Below the pieces are notes generated by a model. It made no database searches and was not told where the DNA came from. It was given only the letters and a program-made list of their open reading frames with translations. From Squalus acanthias (taxonomy: Eukaryota), in the NCBI GenBank assembly GCA_030390025.1, contig JASTWF010000035.1:2790001-2854000 (forward strand): 64,000 bases of DNA, in the 5' to 3' direction. This document shows, piece by piece, positions 49,501 to 64,000 of the stretch. Made by a program: the position numbers and the translations under genes. Each line of letters starts with the position of its first letter. Positions within the stretch are counted from its first letter, which is position 1.

Positions 49501-52500
49501 TTCACACTGCAGTGTGGGGGATAGTCCGATCTGTGTTCACACTGCGGTGTGTGGGATAGTCTGATCTGTGCTCACACTGCTGTGTGTGGGATAGTCTGAT
49601 CTGTGTTCACTGCGGTGTGTGGATAGTCTGATCTGTGTTCACACTGCGGTGTGTGGATAGTCTGATCTGTGTTCACACTGCGGTGTGTGGGATAGTCTGA
49701 TCTGTGTCACACTGCGGTGTGTGGGATAGTCTGATCTGTGTTCACTGCGGTGTGTGGGATAGTCTGATCTGTGTTCACACTGCGGTGTGTGGGATAGTCT
49801 GATCTGTGCTCACACTGCGGTGTGTGGATAGTCTGATCTGTGTCACACTGCGGTGTGTGGGATAGTCTGATCTGTGTTCACACTGCGGTGTGTGGGATAG
49901 TCTGATCTGTGTTCACACTGCGGTGTGTGGGATAGTCTGATCTGTGTTCACACTGCGGTGTGTGGGATAGTCTGATCTGTGTTCACACTGCGGTGTGTGG
50001 GATAGTCTGATCTGTGTTCACACTGCGGTGTGTGGGATAGTCTGATCTGTGTTCACACTGCGGTGTGTGGGATAGTCTGATCTGTGTTCACTGCGGTGTG
50101 TGGGATAGTCTGATCTGTGTTCACACTGCGGTGTGTGGGATAGTCTGATCTGTGTTCACACTGCGGTGTGTGGGATAGTCTGATCTGTGTTCACTGCGGT
50201 GTGTGGGATAGTCTGATCTGTGTTCACACTGCGGTGTGTGGGATAGTCTGATCTGTGTTCACACTGCGGTGTGTGGGATAGTCTGATCTGTGTTCACACT
50301 GCGGTGTGTGGGATAGTCTGATCTGTGTTCACACTGCGGTGTGTGGGATAGTCTGATCTGTGTTCACTGCGGTGTGTGGGATAGTCTGATCTGTGTTCAC
50401 ACTGCGGTGTGTGGGATAGTCTGATCTGTGTTCACACTGCGGTGTGTGGGATAGTCTGATCTGTGTTCACACTGCGGTGTGTGGGATAGTCTGATCTGTG
50501 TTCACTGCGGTGTGTGGGATAGTCTGATCTGTGTTCACACTGCGGTGTGTGGGATAGTCTGATCTGTGTTCACACTGCGGTGTGTGGGATAGTCTGATCT
50601 GTGTTCACACTGCGGTGTGTGGGATAGTCTGATCTGTGTTCACACTGCGGTGTGTGGGATAGTCTGATCTGTGTTCACACTGCGGTGTGTGGGATAGTCT
50701 GATCTGTGTTCACACTGCGGTGTGTGGGATAGTCTGATCTGTGTTCACACTGCGGTGTGTGGGATAGTCTGATCTGTGTTCACACTGCGGTGTGTGGGAT
50801 AGTCTGATCTGTGCTTCACACTGCGGTGTGTGGGATAGTCTGATCTGTGCTCACACTGCGGTGTGTGGGATAGTCTGATCTGTGTTCACACTGCGGTGTG
50901 TGGGATAGTCTGATCTGTGCTCACACTGCGGTGTGTGGATAGTCTGATCTGTGTTCACACTGCGGTGTGTGGGATAGTCTGATCTGTGTTCACACTGCGG
51001 TGTGTGGGATAGTCTGATCTGTGTTCACACTGCGGTGTGTGGGATAGTCTGATCTGTGTTCACACTGCGGTGTGTGGGATAGTCTGATCTGTGCTCACAC
51101 TGCGGTGTGTGGGATAGTCTGATCTGTGTTCCACTGCGGTGTGTGGGATAGTCTGATCTGTGTTCACACTGCGGTGTGTGGGATAGTCTGATCTGTGTTC
51201 ACACTGCGGTGTGTGGGATAGTCTGATCTGTGTTCACTGCGGTGTGTGGGATAGTCTGATCTGTGTTCACACTGCGGGTGTGGGATAGTCTGATCTGTGT
51301 TCACACTGCGGTGTGTGGGATAGTCTGATCTGTGTTCACTGCGGTGTGTGGGATAGTCTGATCTGTGCTCACACTGCGGTGTGTGGGATAGTCTGATCTG
51401 TGTTCACACTGCGGTGTGTGGGATAGTCTGATCTGTGTTCACACTGCGGTGTGTGGGATAGTCTGATCTGTGTTCACTGCGGTGTGTGGGATAGTCTGAT
51501 CTGTGTTCACACTGCGGTGTGTGGGATAGTCTGATCTGTGTTCACTGCGGTGTGTGGGATAGTCTGATCTGTGTCTGCGTGTGTGATAGTCTGATCTGTG
51601 TCACACTGCGGTGTGTGGGATAGTCTGATCTGTGTTCACACTGCGGTGTGTGGGATAGTCTGATCTGTGTTCACACTGCGGTGTGTGGATAGTCTGACTG
51701 TGTTCACACTGCGGTGTGTGGATAAGTCTGATCTGTGCTCACTGCGGTGTGTGGGATAGTCTGATCTGTGTTCACACTGCGGTGTGTGGGATAGTCTGAT
51801 CTGTGTTCACACTGCGGTGTGTGGGATAGTCTGATCTGTGTTCACACTGCGGTGTGTGGGATAGTCTGATCTGTGTTCACACTGCGGTGTGTGGGATAGT
51901 CTGATCTGTGTTCACACTGCGGTGTGTGGGATAGTCTGATCTGTGTTCACACTGCGGTGTGTGGGATAGTCTGATCTGTGTTCACTGCGGTGTGTGGGAT
52001 AGTCTGATCTGTGTTCACACTGCGGTGTGTGGGATAGTCTGATCTGTGTTCACACTGCGGTGTGTGGGATAGTCTGATCTGTGTTCACACTGCGGTGTGT
52101 GGGATAGTCTGATCTGTGCTCACACTGCGGTGTGTGGGATAGTCTGATCTGTGTTCACACTGCGGTGTGTGGGATAGTCTGATCTGTGTCTCACTGCGGT
52201 GTGTGGGATAGTCTGATCTGTGTTCACACTGCGGTGTGTGGGATAGTCTGATCTGTGTTCACACTGCGGTGTGTGGGATAGTCTGATCTGTGTTCACACT
52301 GCGGTGTGTGGGATAGTCTGATCTGTGCTCACACTGCGGTGTGTGGGATAGTCTGATCTGTGTTCACACTGCGGTGTGTGGGATAGTCTGATCTGTGTCA
52401 CACTGCGGTGTGTGGATAGTCTGATCTGTGTTCACACTGCGGTGTTGTGGGATAGTCTGATCTGTGTTCACACTGCGGTGTGTGGGATAGTCTGATCTGT

Positions 52501-55500
52501 GTTCACACTGCGGTGTGTGGGATAGTCTGATCTGTGTTCACTGCGGTGTGTGGGATAGTCTGATCTGTGTCACACTGCGGTGTGTGGATAGTCTGATCTG
52601 TGTTCACACTGCGGTGTGTGGGATAGTCTGATCTGTGTTCACACTGCGGTGTGTGGGATAGTCTGATCTGTGTTCACACTGCGGTGTGTGGGATAGTCTG
52701 ATCTGTGCTCACACTGCGGTGTGTGGATAGTCTGATCTGTGTTCACACTGCGGTGTGTGGGATAGTCTGATCTGTGTCACACTGCGGTGTGTGGATAGTC
52801 TGATCTGTGCTCACACTGCGGTGTGTGGGATAGTCTGATCTGTGTTCACACTGCGGTGTGTGGGATAGTCTGATCTGTGTTCACTGCGGTGTGTGGGATA
52901 GTCTGATCTGTGTTCACACTGCGGTGTGTGGGATAGTCTGATCTGTGCTCACACTGCGGTGTGTGGGATAGTCTGATCTGTGTTCACTGCGGTGTGTGGG
53001 ATAGTCTGATCTGTGTTCACACTGCGGTGTGTGGGATAGTCTGATCTGTGTCACACTGCGGTGTGTGGGATAGTCTGATCTGTGTTCACACTGCGGTGTG
53101 TGGGATAGTCTGATCTGTGTTCACACTGCGGTGTGTGGGATAGTCTGATCTGTGTTCACTGCGGTGTGTGGGATAGTCTGATCTGTGTTCACACTGCGGT
53201 GTGTGGGATAGTCTGATCTGTGTTCACTGCGGTGTGTGGGATAGTCCTGATCTGTGTCACACTGCGGTGTGTGGGATAGTCTGATCTGTGTTCACACTGC
53301 GGTGTGTGGGATAGTCTGATCTGTGCTCACTGCGGTGTGTGGGATAGTCTGATCTGTGTTCACACTGCGGTGTGTGGGATAGTCTGATCTGTGTTCACAC
53401 TGCGGTGTGTGGGATAGTCTGATCTGTGTTCACTGCGGTGTGTGGGATAGTCTGATCTGTGTTCACACTGCGGTGTGTGGGATAGTCTGATCTGTGTTCA
53501 CACTGCGGTGTGTGGGATAGTCTGATCTGTGTTCACACTGCGGTGTGTGGGATAGTCTGATCTGTGTTCACACTGCGGTGTGTGGGATAGTCTGATCTGT
53601 GTCACACTGCGGTGTGTGGGATAGTCTGATCTGTGTTCACACTGCGGTGTGTGGGATAGTCTGATCTGTGTTCACACTGCGGTGTGTGGGATAGTCTGAT
53701 CTGTGCTCACACTGCGGTGTGTGGGATAGTCTGATCTGTGTTCACACTGCGGTGTGTGGGATAGTCTGATCTGTGTTCACACTGCGGTGTGTGGGATAGT
53801 CTGATCTGTGTTCACACTGCGGTGTGTGGATAGGTCTGATCTGTGTTCACACTGCGGTGTGTGGGATAGTCTGATCTGTGTTCACTGCGGTGTGTGGGAT
53901 AGTCTGATCTGTGTTCACACTGCGGTGTGTGGGATAGTCTGATCTGTGTTCACACTGCGGTGTGTGGGATAGTCTGATCTGTGTTCACTCTGCGGTGTGT
54001 GGGATAGTCTGATCTGTGTTCACACTGCGGTGTGTGGGATAGTCTGATCTGTGTTCACACTGCGGTGTGTGGGATAGTCTGATCTGTGTCACAACTGCGG
54101 TGTGTGGGATAGTCTGATCTGTGTTCACACTGCGGTGTGTGGGATAGTCTGATCTGTGTTCACACTGCGGTTGTGTGGGATAGTCTGATCTGTGTTCACT
54201 GCGGTGTGTGGATAGTCTGATCTGTGTTCACACTGCGGTGTGTGGGATAGTCTGATCTGTGTTCACACTGCGGTGTGTGGGATAGTCTGATCTGTGTTCA
54301 CTGCGGTGTGTGGATAGTCTGATCTGTGTCACACTGCGGTGTGTGGGATAGTCTGATCTGTGTTCACACTGCGGTGTGTGGGATAGTCTGATCTGTGTTC
54401 ACACTGCGGTGTGTGGGATAGTCTGATCTGTGTTCACACTGCGGTGTGTGGGATAGTCTGATCTGTGTTCACACTGCGGTGTGTGGGATAGTCTGATCTG
54501 TGTTCACACTGCGGTGTGTGGGATAGTCTGATCTGTGTTCACACTGCGGTGTGTGGGATAGTCTGATCTGTGTTCACACTGCGGTGTGTGGGATAGTCTG
54601 ATCTGTGCTCACACTGCGGTGTGTGGGATAGTCTGATCTGTGTTCACACTGCGGTGTGTGGGATAGTCTGATCTGTGCTCACACTGCGGTGTGTGGGATA
54701 GTCTGATCTGTGTTCACTGCGGTGTGTGGGATAGTCTGATCTGTGCTCACACTGCGGTGTGTGGGATAGTCTGATCTGTGTTCACACTGCGGTGTGTGGG
54801 ATAGTCTGATCTGTGTTCACACTGCGGTGTGTGGGATAGTCTGATCTGTGTTCACACTGCGGTGTGTGGGATAGTCTGATCTGTGCTCACACTGCGGTGT
54901 GTGGGATAGTCTGATCTGTGTTCACTGCGGTGTGTGGGATAGTCTGATCTGTGTTCACACTGCGGTGTGTGGGATAGTCTGATCTGTGTTCACACTGCGG
55001 TGTGTGGGATAGTCTGATCTGTGTTCACTGCGGTGTGTGGGATAGTCTGATCTGTGTTCACACTGCGGTGTGTGGGATAGTCTGATCTGTGTTCACTGCG
55101 GTGTGTGGGATAGTCTGATCTGTGTTCACACTGCGGTGTGTGGGATAGTCTGATCTGTGTCACACTGCGGTGTGTGGGATAGTCTGATCTGTGTTCACTG
55201 CGGTGTGTGGGATAGTCTGATCTGTGTTCACACTGCGGTGTGTGGGATAGTCTGATCTGTGTTCACACTGCGGTGTGTGGGATAGTCTGATCTGTGTTCA
55301 CACTGCGGTGTGTGGGATAGTCTGATCTGTGTTCACACTGCGGTGTGTGGGATAGTCTGATCTGTGTTCACACTGCGGTGTGTGGGATAGTCTGATCTGT
55401 GTTCACACTGCGGTGTGTGGGATAGTCTGATCTGTGTTCACTGCGGTGTGTGGGATAGTCTGATCTGTGTTCACACTGCGGTGTGTGGGATAGTCTGATC

Positions 55501-58500
55501 TGTGTTCACACTGCGGTGTGTGGGATAGTCTGATCTGTGTTCACACTGCGGTGTGTGGGATAGTCTGATCTGTGTTCACACTGCGGTGTGTGGGATAGTC
55601 TGATCTGTGTTCACTGCGGTGTGTGGGATAGTCTGATCTGTGTTCACACTGCGGTGTGTGGGATAGTCTGATCTGTGTTCACACTGCGGTGTGTGGGATA
55701 GTCTGATCTGTGTTCACACTGCGGTGTGTGGGATAGTCTGATCTGTGTTCACTGCGGTGTGTGGGATAGTCTGATCTGTGTTCACACTGCGGTGTGTGGG
55801 ATAGTCTGATCTGTGTTCACACTGCGGTGTGTGGGATAGTCTGATCTGTGTTCACACTGCGGTGTGTGGGATAGTCTGATCTGTGTTCACACTGCGGTGT
55901 GTGGGATAGTCTGATCTGTGTTCACTGCGGTGTGTGGGATAGTCTGATCTGTGTTCACACTGCGGTGTGTGGGATAGTCTGATCTGTGTTCACACTGCGG
56001 TGTGTGGGATAGTCTGATCTGTGTTCACTGCGGTGTGTGGGATAGTCTGATCTGTGTTCACACTGCGGTGTGTGGGATAGTCTGATCTGTGTTCACACTG
56101 CGGTGTGTGGGATAGTCTGATCTGTGTTCACACTGCGGTGTGTGGGATAGTCTGATCTGTGTTCACACTGCGGTGTGTGGGATAGTCTGATCTGTGTTCA
56201 CTGCGGTGTGTGGGATAGTCTGATCTGTGTTCACACTGCGGTGTGTGGGATAGTCTGATCTGTGTTCACTGCGGTGTGTGGGATAGTCTGATCTGTGTTC
56301 ACTGCGGTGTGTGGGATAGTCTGATCTGTGTTCACACTGCGGTGTGTGGGATAGTCTGATCTGTGTTCACACTGCGGTGTGTGGGATAGTCTGATCTGTG
56401 TTCACACTGCGGTGTGTGGGATAGTCTGATCTGTGTTCACACTGCGGTGTGTGGGATAGTCTGATCTGTGTTCACACTGCGGTGTGTGGGATAGTCTGAT
56501 CTGTGTTCACACTGCGGTGTGTGGGATAGTCTGATCTGTGTTCACACTGCGGTGTGTGGGATAGTCTGATCTGTGTTCACACTGCGGTGTGTGGGATAGT
56601 CTGATCTGTGTCACACTGCGGTGTGTGGATAGTCTGATCTGTGTTCACACTGCGGTGTGTGGGATAGTCTGATCTGTGTTCACACTGCGGTGTGTGGGAT
56701 AGTCTGATCTGTGTTCACACTGCGGTGTGTGGGATAGTCTGATCTGTGTTCACACTGCGGTGTGTGGGATAGTCTGATCTGTGTTCACACTGCGGTGTGT
56801 GGGATAGTCTGATCTGTGTTCACACTGCGGTGTGTGGGATAGTCTGATCTGTGCTCACACTGCGGTGTGTGGGATAGTCTGATCTGTGTTCACACTGCGG
56901 TGTGTGGGATAGTCTGATCTGTGTTCACACTGCGGTGTGTGGGATAGTCTGATCTGTGTTCACACTGCGGTGTGTGGGATAGTCTGATCTGTGTTCACAC
57001 TGCGGTGTGTGGGATAGTCTGATCTGTGTTCACACTGCGGTGTGTGGGATAGTCTGATCTGTGTTCACACTGCGGTGTGTGGGATAGTCTGATCTGTGTT
57101 CACACTGCGGTGTGTGGGATAGTCTGATCTGTGTTCACACTGCGGTGTGTGGGATAGTCTGATCTGTGTTCACACTGCGGTGTGTGGGATAGTCTGATCT
57201 GTGTTCACACTGCGGTGTGTGGGATAGTCTGATCTGTGTTCACACTGCGGTGTGTGGGATAGTCTGATCTGTGTTCACACTGCGGTGTGTGGGATAGTCT
57301 GATCTGTGTTCACTGCGGTGTGTGGGATAGTCTGATCTGTGTTCACACTGCGGTGTGTGGGATAGTCTGATCTGTGTTCACACTGCGGTGTGTGGGATAG
57401 TCTGATCTGTGTTCACACTGCGGTGTGTGGGATAGTCTGATCTGTGCTCACACTGCGGTGTGTGGGATAGTCTGATCTGTGTTCACACTGCGGTGTGTGG
57501 GATAGTCTGATCTGTGTTCACACTGCGGTGTGTGGGATAGTCTGATCTGTGTTCACTGCGGTGTGTGGGATAGTCTGATCTGTGTTCACACTGCGGTGTG
57601 TGGGATAGTCTGATCTGTGTTCACACTGCGGTGTGTGGGATAGTCTGATCTGTGTTCACTGCGGTGTGTGGGATAGTCTGATCTGTGTTCACACTGCGGT
57701 GTGTGGGATAGTCTGATCTGTGTTCACACTGCGGTGTGTGGGATAGTCTGATCTGTGTTCACTGCGGTGTGTGGGATAGTCTGATCTGTGTTCACTGCGG
57801 TGTGTGGGATAGTCTGATCTGTGTTCACACTGCGGTGTGTGGGATAGTCTGATCTGTGTTCACACTGCGGTGTGTGGGATAGTCTGATCTGTGTTCACAC
57901 TGCGGTGTGTGGGATAGTCTGATCTGTGTTCACTGCGGTGTGTGGGATAGTCTGATCTGTGTTCACACTGCGGTGTGTGGGATAGTCTGATCTGTGTTCA
58001 CTGCGGTGTGTGGGATAGTCTGATCTGTGTTCACACTGCGGTGTGTGGGATAGTCTGATCTGTGTTCACACTGCGGTGTGTGGGATAGTCTGATCTGTGT
58101 TCACACTGCGGTGTGTGGGATAGTCTGATCTGTGTTCACACTGCGGTGTGTGGGATAGTCTGATCTGTGCTCACACTGCGGTGTGTGGGATAGTCTGATC
58201 TGTGTTCACACTGCGGTGTGTGGGATAGTCTGATCTGTGTTCACACTGCGGTGTGTGGGATAGTCTGATCTGTGTTCACACTGCGGTGTGTGGGATAGTC
58301 TGATCTGTGCTCACACTGCGGTGTGTGGGATAGTCTGATCTGTGTTCACTGCGGTGTGTGGGATAGTCTGATCTGTGCTCACACTGCGGTGTGTGGGATA
58401 GTCTGATCTGTGCTCACACTGCGGTGTGTGGGATAGTCTGATCTGTGTTCACTGCGGTGTGTGGGATAGTCTGATCTGTGCTCACACTGCGGTGTGTGGG

Positions 58501-61500
58501 ATAGTCTGATCTGTGTTCACACTGCGGTGTGTGGGATAGTCTGATCTGTGTTCACACTGCGGTGTGTGGGATAGTCTGATCTGTGTTCACACTGCGGTGT
58601 GTGGGATAGTCTGATCTGTGTTCACACTGCGGTGTGTGGGATAGTCTGATCTGTGTTCACACTGCGGTGTGTGGGATAGTCTGATCTGTGTTCACTGTGT
58701 GTGGGATAGTCTGATCTGTGCTCACACTGCGGTGTGTGGGATAGTCTGATCTGTGTTCACACTGCGGTGTGTGGGATAGTCTGATCTGTGTTCACTGCGG
58801 TGTGTGGGATAGTCTGATCTGTGTTCACACTGCGGTGTGTGGGATAGTCTGATCTGTGTTCACACTGCGGTGTGTGGGATAGTCTGATCTGTGTTCACTG
58901 CGGTGTGTGGGATAGTCTGATCTGTGTTCACACTGCGGTGTGTGGGATAGTCTGATCTGTGTTCACACTGCGGTGTGTGGGATAGTCTGATCTGTGTTCA
59001 CACTGCGGTGTGTGGGATAGTCTGATCTGTGTTCACTGCGGTGTGTGGGATAGTCTGATCTGTGCTCACACTGCGGTGTGTGGGATAGTCTGATCTGTGT
59101 TCACACTGCGGTGTGTGGGATAGTCTGATCTGTGTTCACACTGCGGTGTGTGGGATAGTCTGATCTGTGTTCACACTGCGGTGTGTGGGATAGTCTGATC
59201 TGTGTTCACTGCGGTGTGTGGGATAGTCTGATCTGTGTTCACACTGCGGTGTGTGGGATAGTCTGATCTGTGTTCACACTGCGGTGTGTGGGATAGTCTG
59301 ATCTGTGTTCACACTGCGGTGTGTGGGATAGTCTGATCTGTGTTCACTGCGGTGTGTGGGATAGTCTGATCTGTGTTCACACTGCGGTGTGTGGGATAGT
59401 CTGATCTGTGTTCACACTGCGGTGTGTGGGATAGTCTGATCTGTGTTCACACTGCGGTGTGTGGGATAGTCTGATCTGTGTTCACACTGCGGTGTGTGGG
59501 ATAGTCTGATCTGTGTTCACTGCGGTGTGTGGGATAGTCTGATCTGTGTTCACACTGCGGTGTGTGGGATAGTCTGATCTGTGTTCACACTGCGGTGTGT
59601 GGGATAGTCTGATCTGTGTTCACACTGCGGTGTGTGGGATAGTCTGATCTGTGTTCACTGCGGTGTGTGGGATAGTCTGATCTGTGTTCACACTGCGGTG
59701 TGTGGGATAGTCTGATCTGTGTTCACACTGCGGTGTGTGGGATAGTCTGATCTGTGTTCACACTGCGGTGTGTGGGATAGTCTGATCTGTGTTCACTGCG
59801 GTGTGTGGGATAGTCTGATCTGTGTTCACACTGCGGTGTGTGGGATAGTCTGATCTGTGTTCACACTGCGGTGTGTGGGATAGTCTGATCTGTGTTCACA
59901 CTGCGGTGTGTGGGATAGTCTGATCTGTGTTCACACTGCGGTGTGTGGGATAGTCTGATCTGTGTTCACACTGCGGTGTGTGGGATAGTCTGATCTGTGT
60001 TCACACTGCGGTGTGTGGGATAGTCTGATCTGTGTCACACTGCGGTGTGTGGGATAGTCTGATCTGTGTTCACACTGCGGTGTGTGGGATAGTCTGATCT
60101 GTGTTCACACTGCGGTGTGTGGGATAGTCTGATCTGTGTTCACACTGCGGTGTGTGGGATAGTCTGATCTGTGCTCACACTGCGGTGTGTGGGATAGTCT
60201 GATCTGTGTTCACACTGCGGTGTGTGGGATAGTCTGATCTGTGTTCACACTGCGGTGTGTGGGATAGTCTGATCTGTGTTCACACTGCGGTGTGTGGGAT
60301 AGTCTGATCTGTGTTCACACTGCGGTGTGTGGGATAGTCTGATCTGTGTTCACACTGCGGTGTGTGGGATAGTCTGATCTGTGTTCACACTGCGGTGTGT
60401 GGGATAGTCTGATCTGTGTTCACACTGCGGTGTGTGGGATAGTCTGATCTGTGTTCACACTGCGGTGTGTGGGATAGTCTGATCTGTGTCACTGCGTGTG
60501 TGGGATAGTCTGATCTGTGTTCACACTGCGGTGTGTGGGATAGTCTGATCTGTGTTCACACTGCGGTGTGTGGGATAGTCTGATCTGTGTTCACACTGCG
60601 GTGTGTGGGATAGTCTGATCTGTGTTCACACTGCGGTGTGTGGGATAGTCTGATCTGTGTTCACACTGCGGTGTGTGGGATAGTCTGATCTGTGTTCACA
60701 CTGCGGTGTGTGGGATAGTCTGATCTGTGTTCACACTGCGGTGTGTGGGATAGTCTGATCTGTGTTCACACTGCGGTGTGTGGGATAGTCTGATCTGTGT
60801 TCACACTGCGGTGTGTGGGATAGTCTGATCTGTGTTCACACTGCGGTGTGTGGGATAGTCTGATCTGTGTTCACACTGCGGTGTGTGGGATAGTCTGATC
60901 TGTGTTCACACTGCGGTGTGTGGGATAGTCTGATCTGTGTTCACACTGCGGTGTGTGGGATAGTCTGATCTGTGTTCACACTGCGGTGTGTGGGATAGTC
61001 TGATCTGTGTTCACACTGCGGTGTGTGGGATAGTCTGATCTGTGTTGGGATAGTCTGATCTGTGTTCACACTGCGGTGTGTGGGATAGTCTGATCTGTGT
61101 TCACACTGCGGTGTGTGGGATAGTCTGATCTGTGTTCACACTGCGGTGTGTGGGATAGTCTGATCTGTGTTCACACTGCGGTGTGTGGGATAGTCTGATC
61201 TGTGTTCACACTGCGGTGTGTGGGATAGTCTGATCTGTGTTCACACTGCGGTGTGTGGGATAGTCTGATCTGTGTTCACACTGCGGTGTGTGGGATAGTC
61301 TGATCTGTGTTCACACTGCGGTGTGTGGGATAGTCTGATCTGTGTTCACTGCGGTGTGTGGGATAGTCTGATCTGTGTTCACACTGCGGTGTGTGGGATA
61401 GTCTGATCTGTGTTCACACTGCGGTGTGTGGGATAGTCTGATCTGTGTTCACACTGCGGTGTGTGGGATAGTCTGATCTGTGTTCACACTGCGGTGTGTG

Positions 61501-64000
61501 GGATAGTCTGATCTGTGTTCACACTGCGGTGTGTGGGATAGTCTGATCTGTGTTCACACTGCGGTGTGTGGGATAGTCTGATCTGTGTTCACACTGCGGT
61601 GTGTGGGATAGTCTGATCTGTGTTCACACTGCGGTGTGTGGGATAGTCTGATCTGTGTTCACACTGCGGTGTGTGGGATAGTCTGATCTGTGTTCACACT
61701 GCGGTGTGTGGGATAGTCTGATCTGTGTTCACACTGCGGTGTGTGGGATAGTCTGATCTGTGTTCACACTGCGGTGTGTGGGATAGTCTGATCTGTGTTC
61801 ACACTGCGGTGTGTGGGATAGTCTGATCTGTGTTCACACTGCGGTGTGTGGGATAGTCTGATCTGTGTTCACACTGCGGTGTGTGGGATAGTCTGATCTG
61901 TGTTCACACTGCGGTGTGTGGGATAGTCTGATCTGTGTTCACACTGCGGTGTGTGGGATAGTCTGATCTGTGTTCACACTGCGGTGTGTGGGATAGTCTG
62001 ATCTGTGTTCACACTGCGGTGTGTGGGATAGTCTGATCTGTGCTCACACTGCGGTGTGTGGGATAGTCTGATCTGTGTTCACACTGCGGTGTGTGGGATA
62101 GTCTGATCTGTGTTCACTGCGGTGTGTGGGATAGTCTGATCTGTGTTCACTGCGGTGTGTGGGATAGTCTGATCTGTGTTCACACTGCGGTGTGTGGGAT
62201 AGTCTGATCTGTGTTCACACTGCGGTGTGTGGGATAGTCTGATCTGTGTTCACACTGCGGTGTGTGGGATAGTCTGATCTGTGTTCACTGCGGTGTGTGG
62301 GATAGTCTGATCTGTGTTCACTGCGGTGTGTGGGATAGTCTGATCTGTGTTCACACTGCGGTGTGTGGGATAGTCTGATCTGTGTTCACTGCGGTGTGTG
62401 GGATAGTCTGATCTGTGTTCACACTGCGGTGTGTGGGATAGTCTGATCTGTGTTCACACTGCGGTGTGTGGGATAGTCTGATCTGTGTTCACACTGCGGT
62501 GTGTGGGATAGTCTGATCTGTGTTCACACTGCGGTGTGTGGGATAGTCTGATCTGTGTTCACACTGCGGTGTGTGGGATAGTCTGATCTGTGTTCACACT
62601 GCGGTGTGTGGGATAGTCTGATCTGTGTTCACACTGCGGTGTGTGGGATAGTCTGATCTGTGTTCACACTGCGGTGTGTGGGATAGTCTGATCTGTGTTC
62701 ACACTGCGGTGTGTGGGATAGTCTGATCTGTGTTCACTGCGGTGTGTGGGATAGTCTGATCTGTGTTCACACTGCGGTGTGTGGGATAGTCTGATCTGTG
62801 TTCACACTGCGGTGTGTGGGATAGTCTGATCTGTGTTCACACTGCGGTGTGTGGGATAGTCTGATCTGTGTTCACACTGCGGTGTGTGGGATAGTCTGAT
62901 CTGTGTTCACTGCGGTGTGTGGGATAGTCTGATCTGTGCTCACACTGCGGTGTGTGGGATAGTCTGATCTGTGTTCACACTGCGGTGTGTGGGATAGTCT
63001 GATCTGTGTTCACTGCGGTGTGTGGGATAGTCTGATCTGTGTTCACACTGCGGTGTGTGGGATAGTCTGATCTGTGTTCACACTGCGGTGTGTGGGATAG
63101 TCTGATCTGTGTTCACACTGCGGTGTGTGGGATAGTCTGATCTGTGTTCACACTGCGGTGTGTGGGATAGTCTGATCTGTGCTCACACTGCGGTGTGTGG
63201 ATAGTCTGATCTGTGTTCACACTGCGGTGTGTGGGATAGTCTGATCTGTGTTCACACTGCGGTGTGTGGGATAGTCTGATCTGTGTCACACTGCGGTGTG
63301 TGGGATAGTCTGATCTGTGTTCACACTGCGGTGTGTGGGATAGTCTGATCTGTGTTCACACTGCGGTGTGTGGGATAGTCTGATCTGTGCTCACACTGCG
63401 GTGTGTGGGATAGTCTGATCTGTGTTCACACTGCGGTGTGTGGATAGTCTGATCTGTGTTCACACTGCGGTGTGTGGGATAGTCTGATCTGTGTTCACAC
63501 TGCGGTGTGTGGGATAGTCTGATCTGTGTTCACACTGCGGTGTGTGGGATAGTCTGATCTGTGTTCACTGCGGTGTGTGGGATAGTCTGATCTGTGTTCA
63601 CACTGCGGTGTGTGGGATAGTCTGATCTGTGTTCACTGCGGTGTGTGGGATAGTCTGATCTGTGTTCACACTGCGGTGTGTGGGATAGTCTGATCTGTGT
63701 TCACACTGCGGTGTGTGGGATAGTCTGATCTGTTCACACTGCGGTGTGTGGGATAGTCTGATCTGTGTTCACTGCGGTGTGTGGGATAGTCTGATCTGTG
63801 TTCACACTGCGGTGTGTGGGATAGTCTGATCTGTGTTCACACTGCGGTGTGTGGGATAGTCTGATCTGTGTTCACACTGCGGTGTGTGGGATAGTCTGAT
63901 CTGTGTTCACTGCGGTGTGTGGGATAGTCTGATCTGTGTTCACACTGCGGTGTGTGGGATAGTCTGATCTGTGTTCACACTGCGGTGTGTGGGATAGTCT
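28555..64000. repeat. 35-bp satellite CACACTGCGGTGTGTGGGATAGTCTGATCTGTGTT with a frequent 33-bp variant (CAC instead of CACAC) and a GTGCT/GTGTT variant; ~1000 units, continues off the right edge
   Basis: Uninterrupted single-orientation periodicity over 35.4 kb. Confidence 0.99.

Noticed and set aside
28555..64000. CRISPR array (35-bp repeat)
   Set aside because: Units are head-to-tail with no unique spacers, no cas genes, and the context is vertebrate.
28555..64000. Array of V(D)J recombination signal sequences (CACACTG resembles heptamer CACAGTG)
   Set aside because: No A-rich nonamer at 12 or 23 bp on either strand and no Ig/TCR segments in the window.

Overview
Repeat-dominated vertebrate genomic DNA; the repeat types suggest a cartilaginous fish (inference). 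Three zones: (1) 1-~5945, a 30-bp tandem array with higher-order duplications; (2) ~5950-28550, a mosaic of nested, decayed CR1-clade LINE fragments (SGNH-esterase ORF1, APE+RT ORF2), a tRNA-derived SINE, Harbinger-like MITE pieces and three candidate small phase-1 exons of an unidentified + strand gene; (3) 28555-64000, a 35/33-bp satellite of about 1000 units running off the window. The most striking item is a non-coding, Penelope-like fold-back element carrying a minimal hammerhead ribozyme motif. It is present twice inside LINEs: a 420-bp-arm palindrome at 22939-23788 and a 165-bp mini-hairpin at 21721-21885. Both copies have a 13-bp target-site duplication, a 10-nt loop and an unpaired 3' tail. 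No intact autonomous element, rRNA, tRNA gene or CRISPR array was seen.
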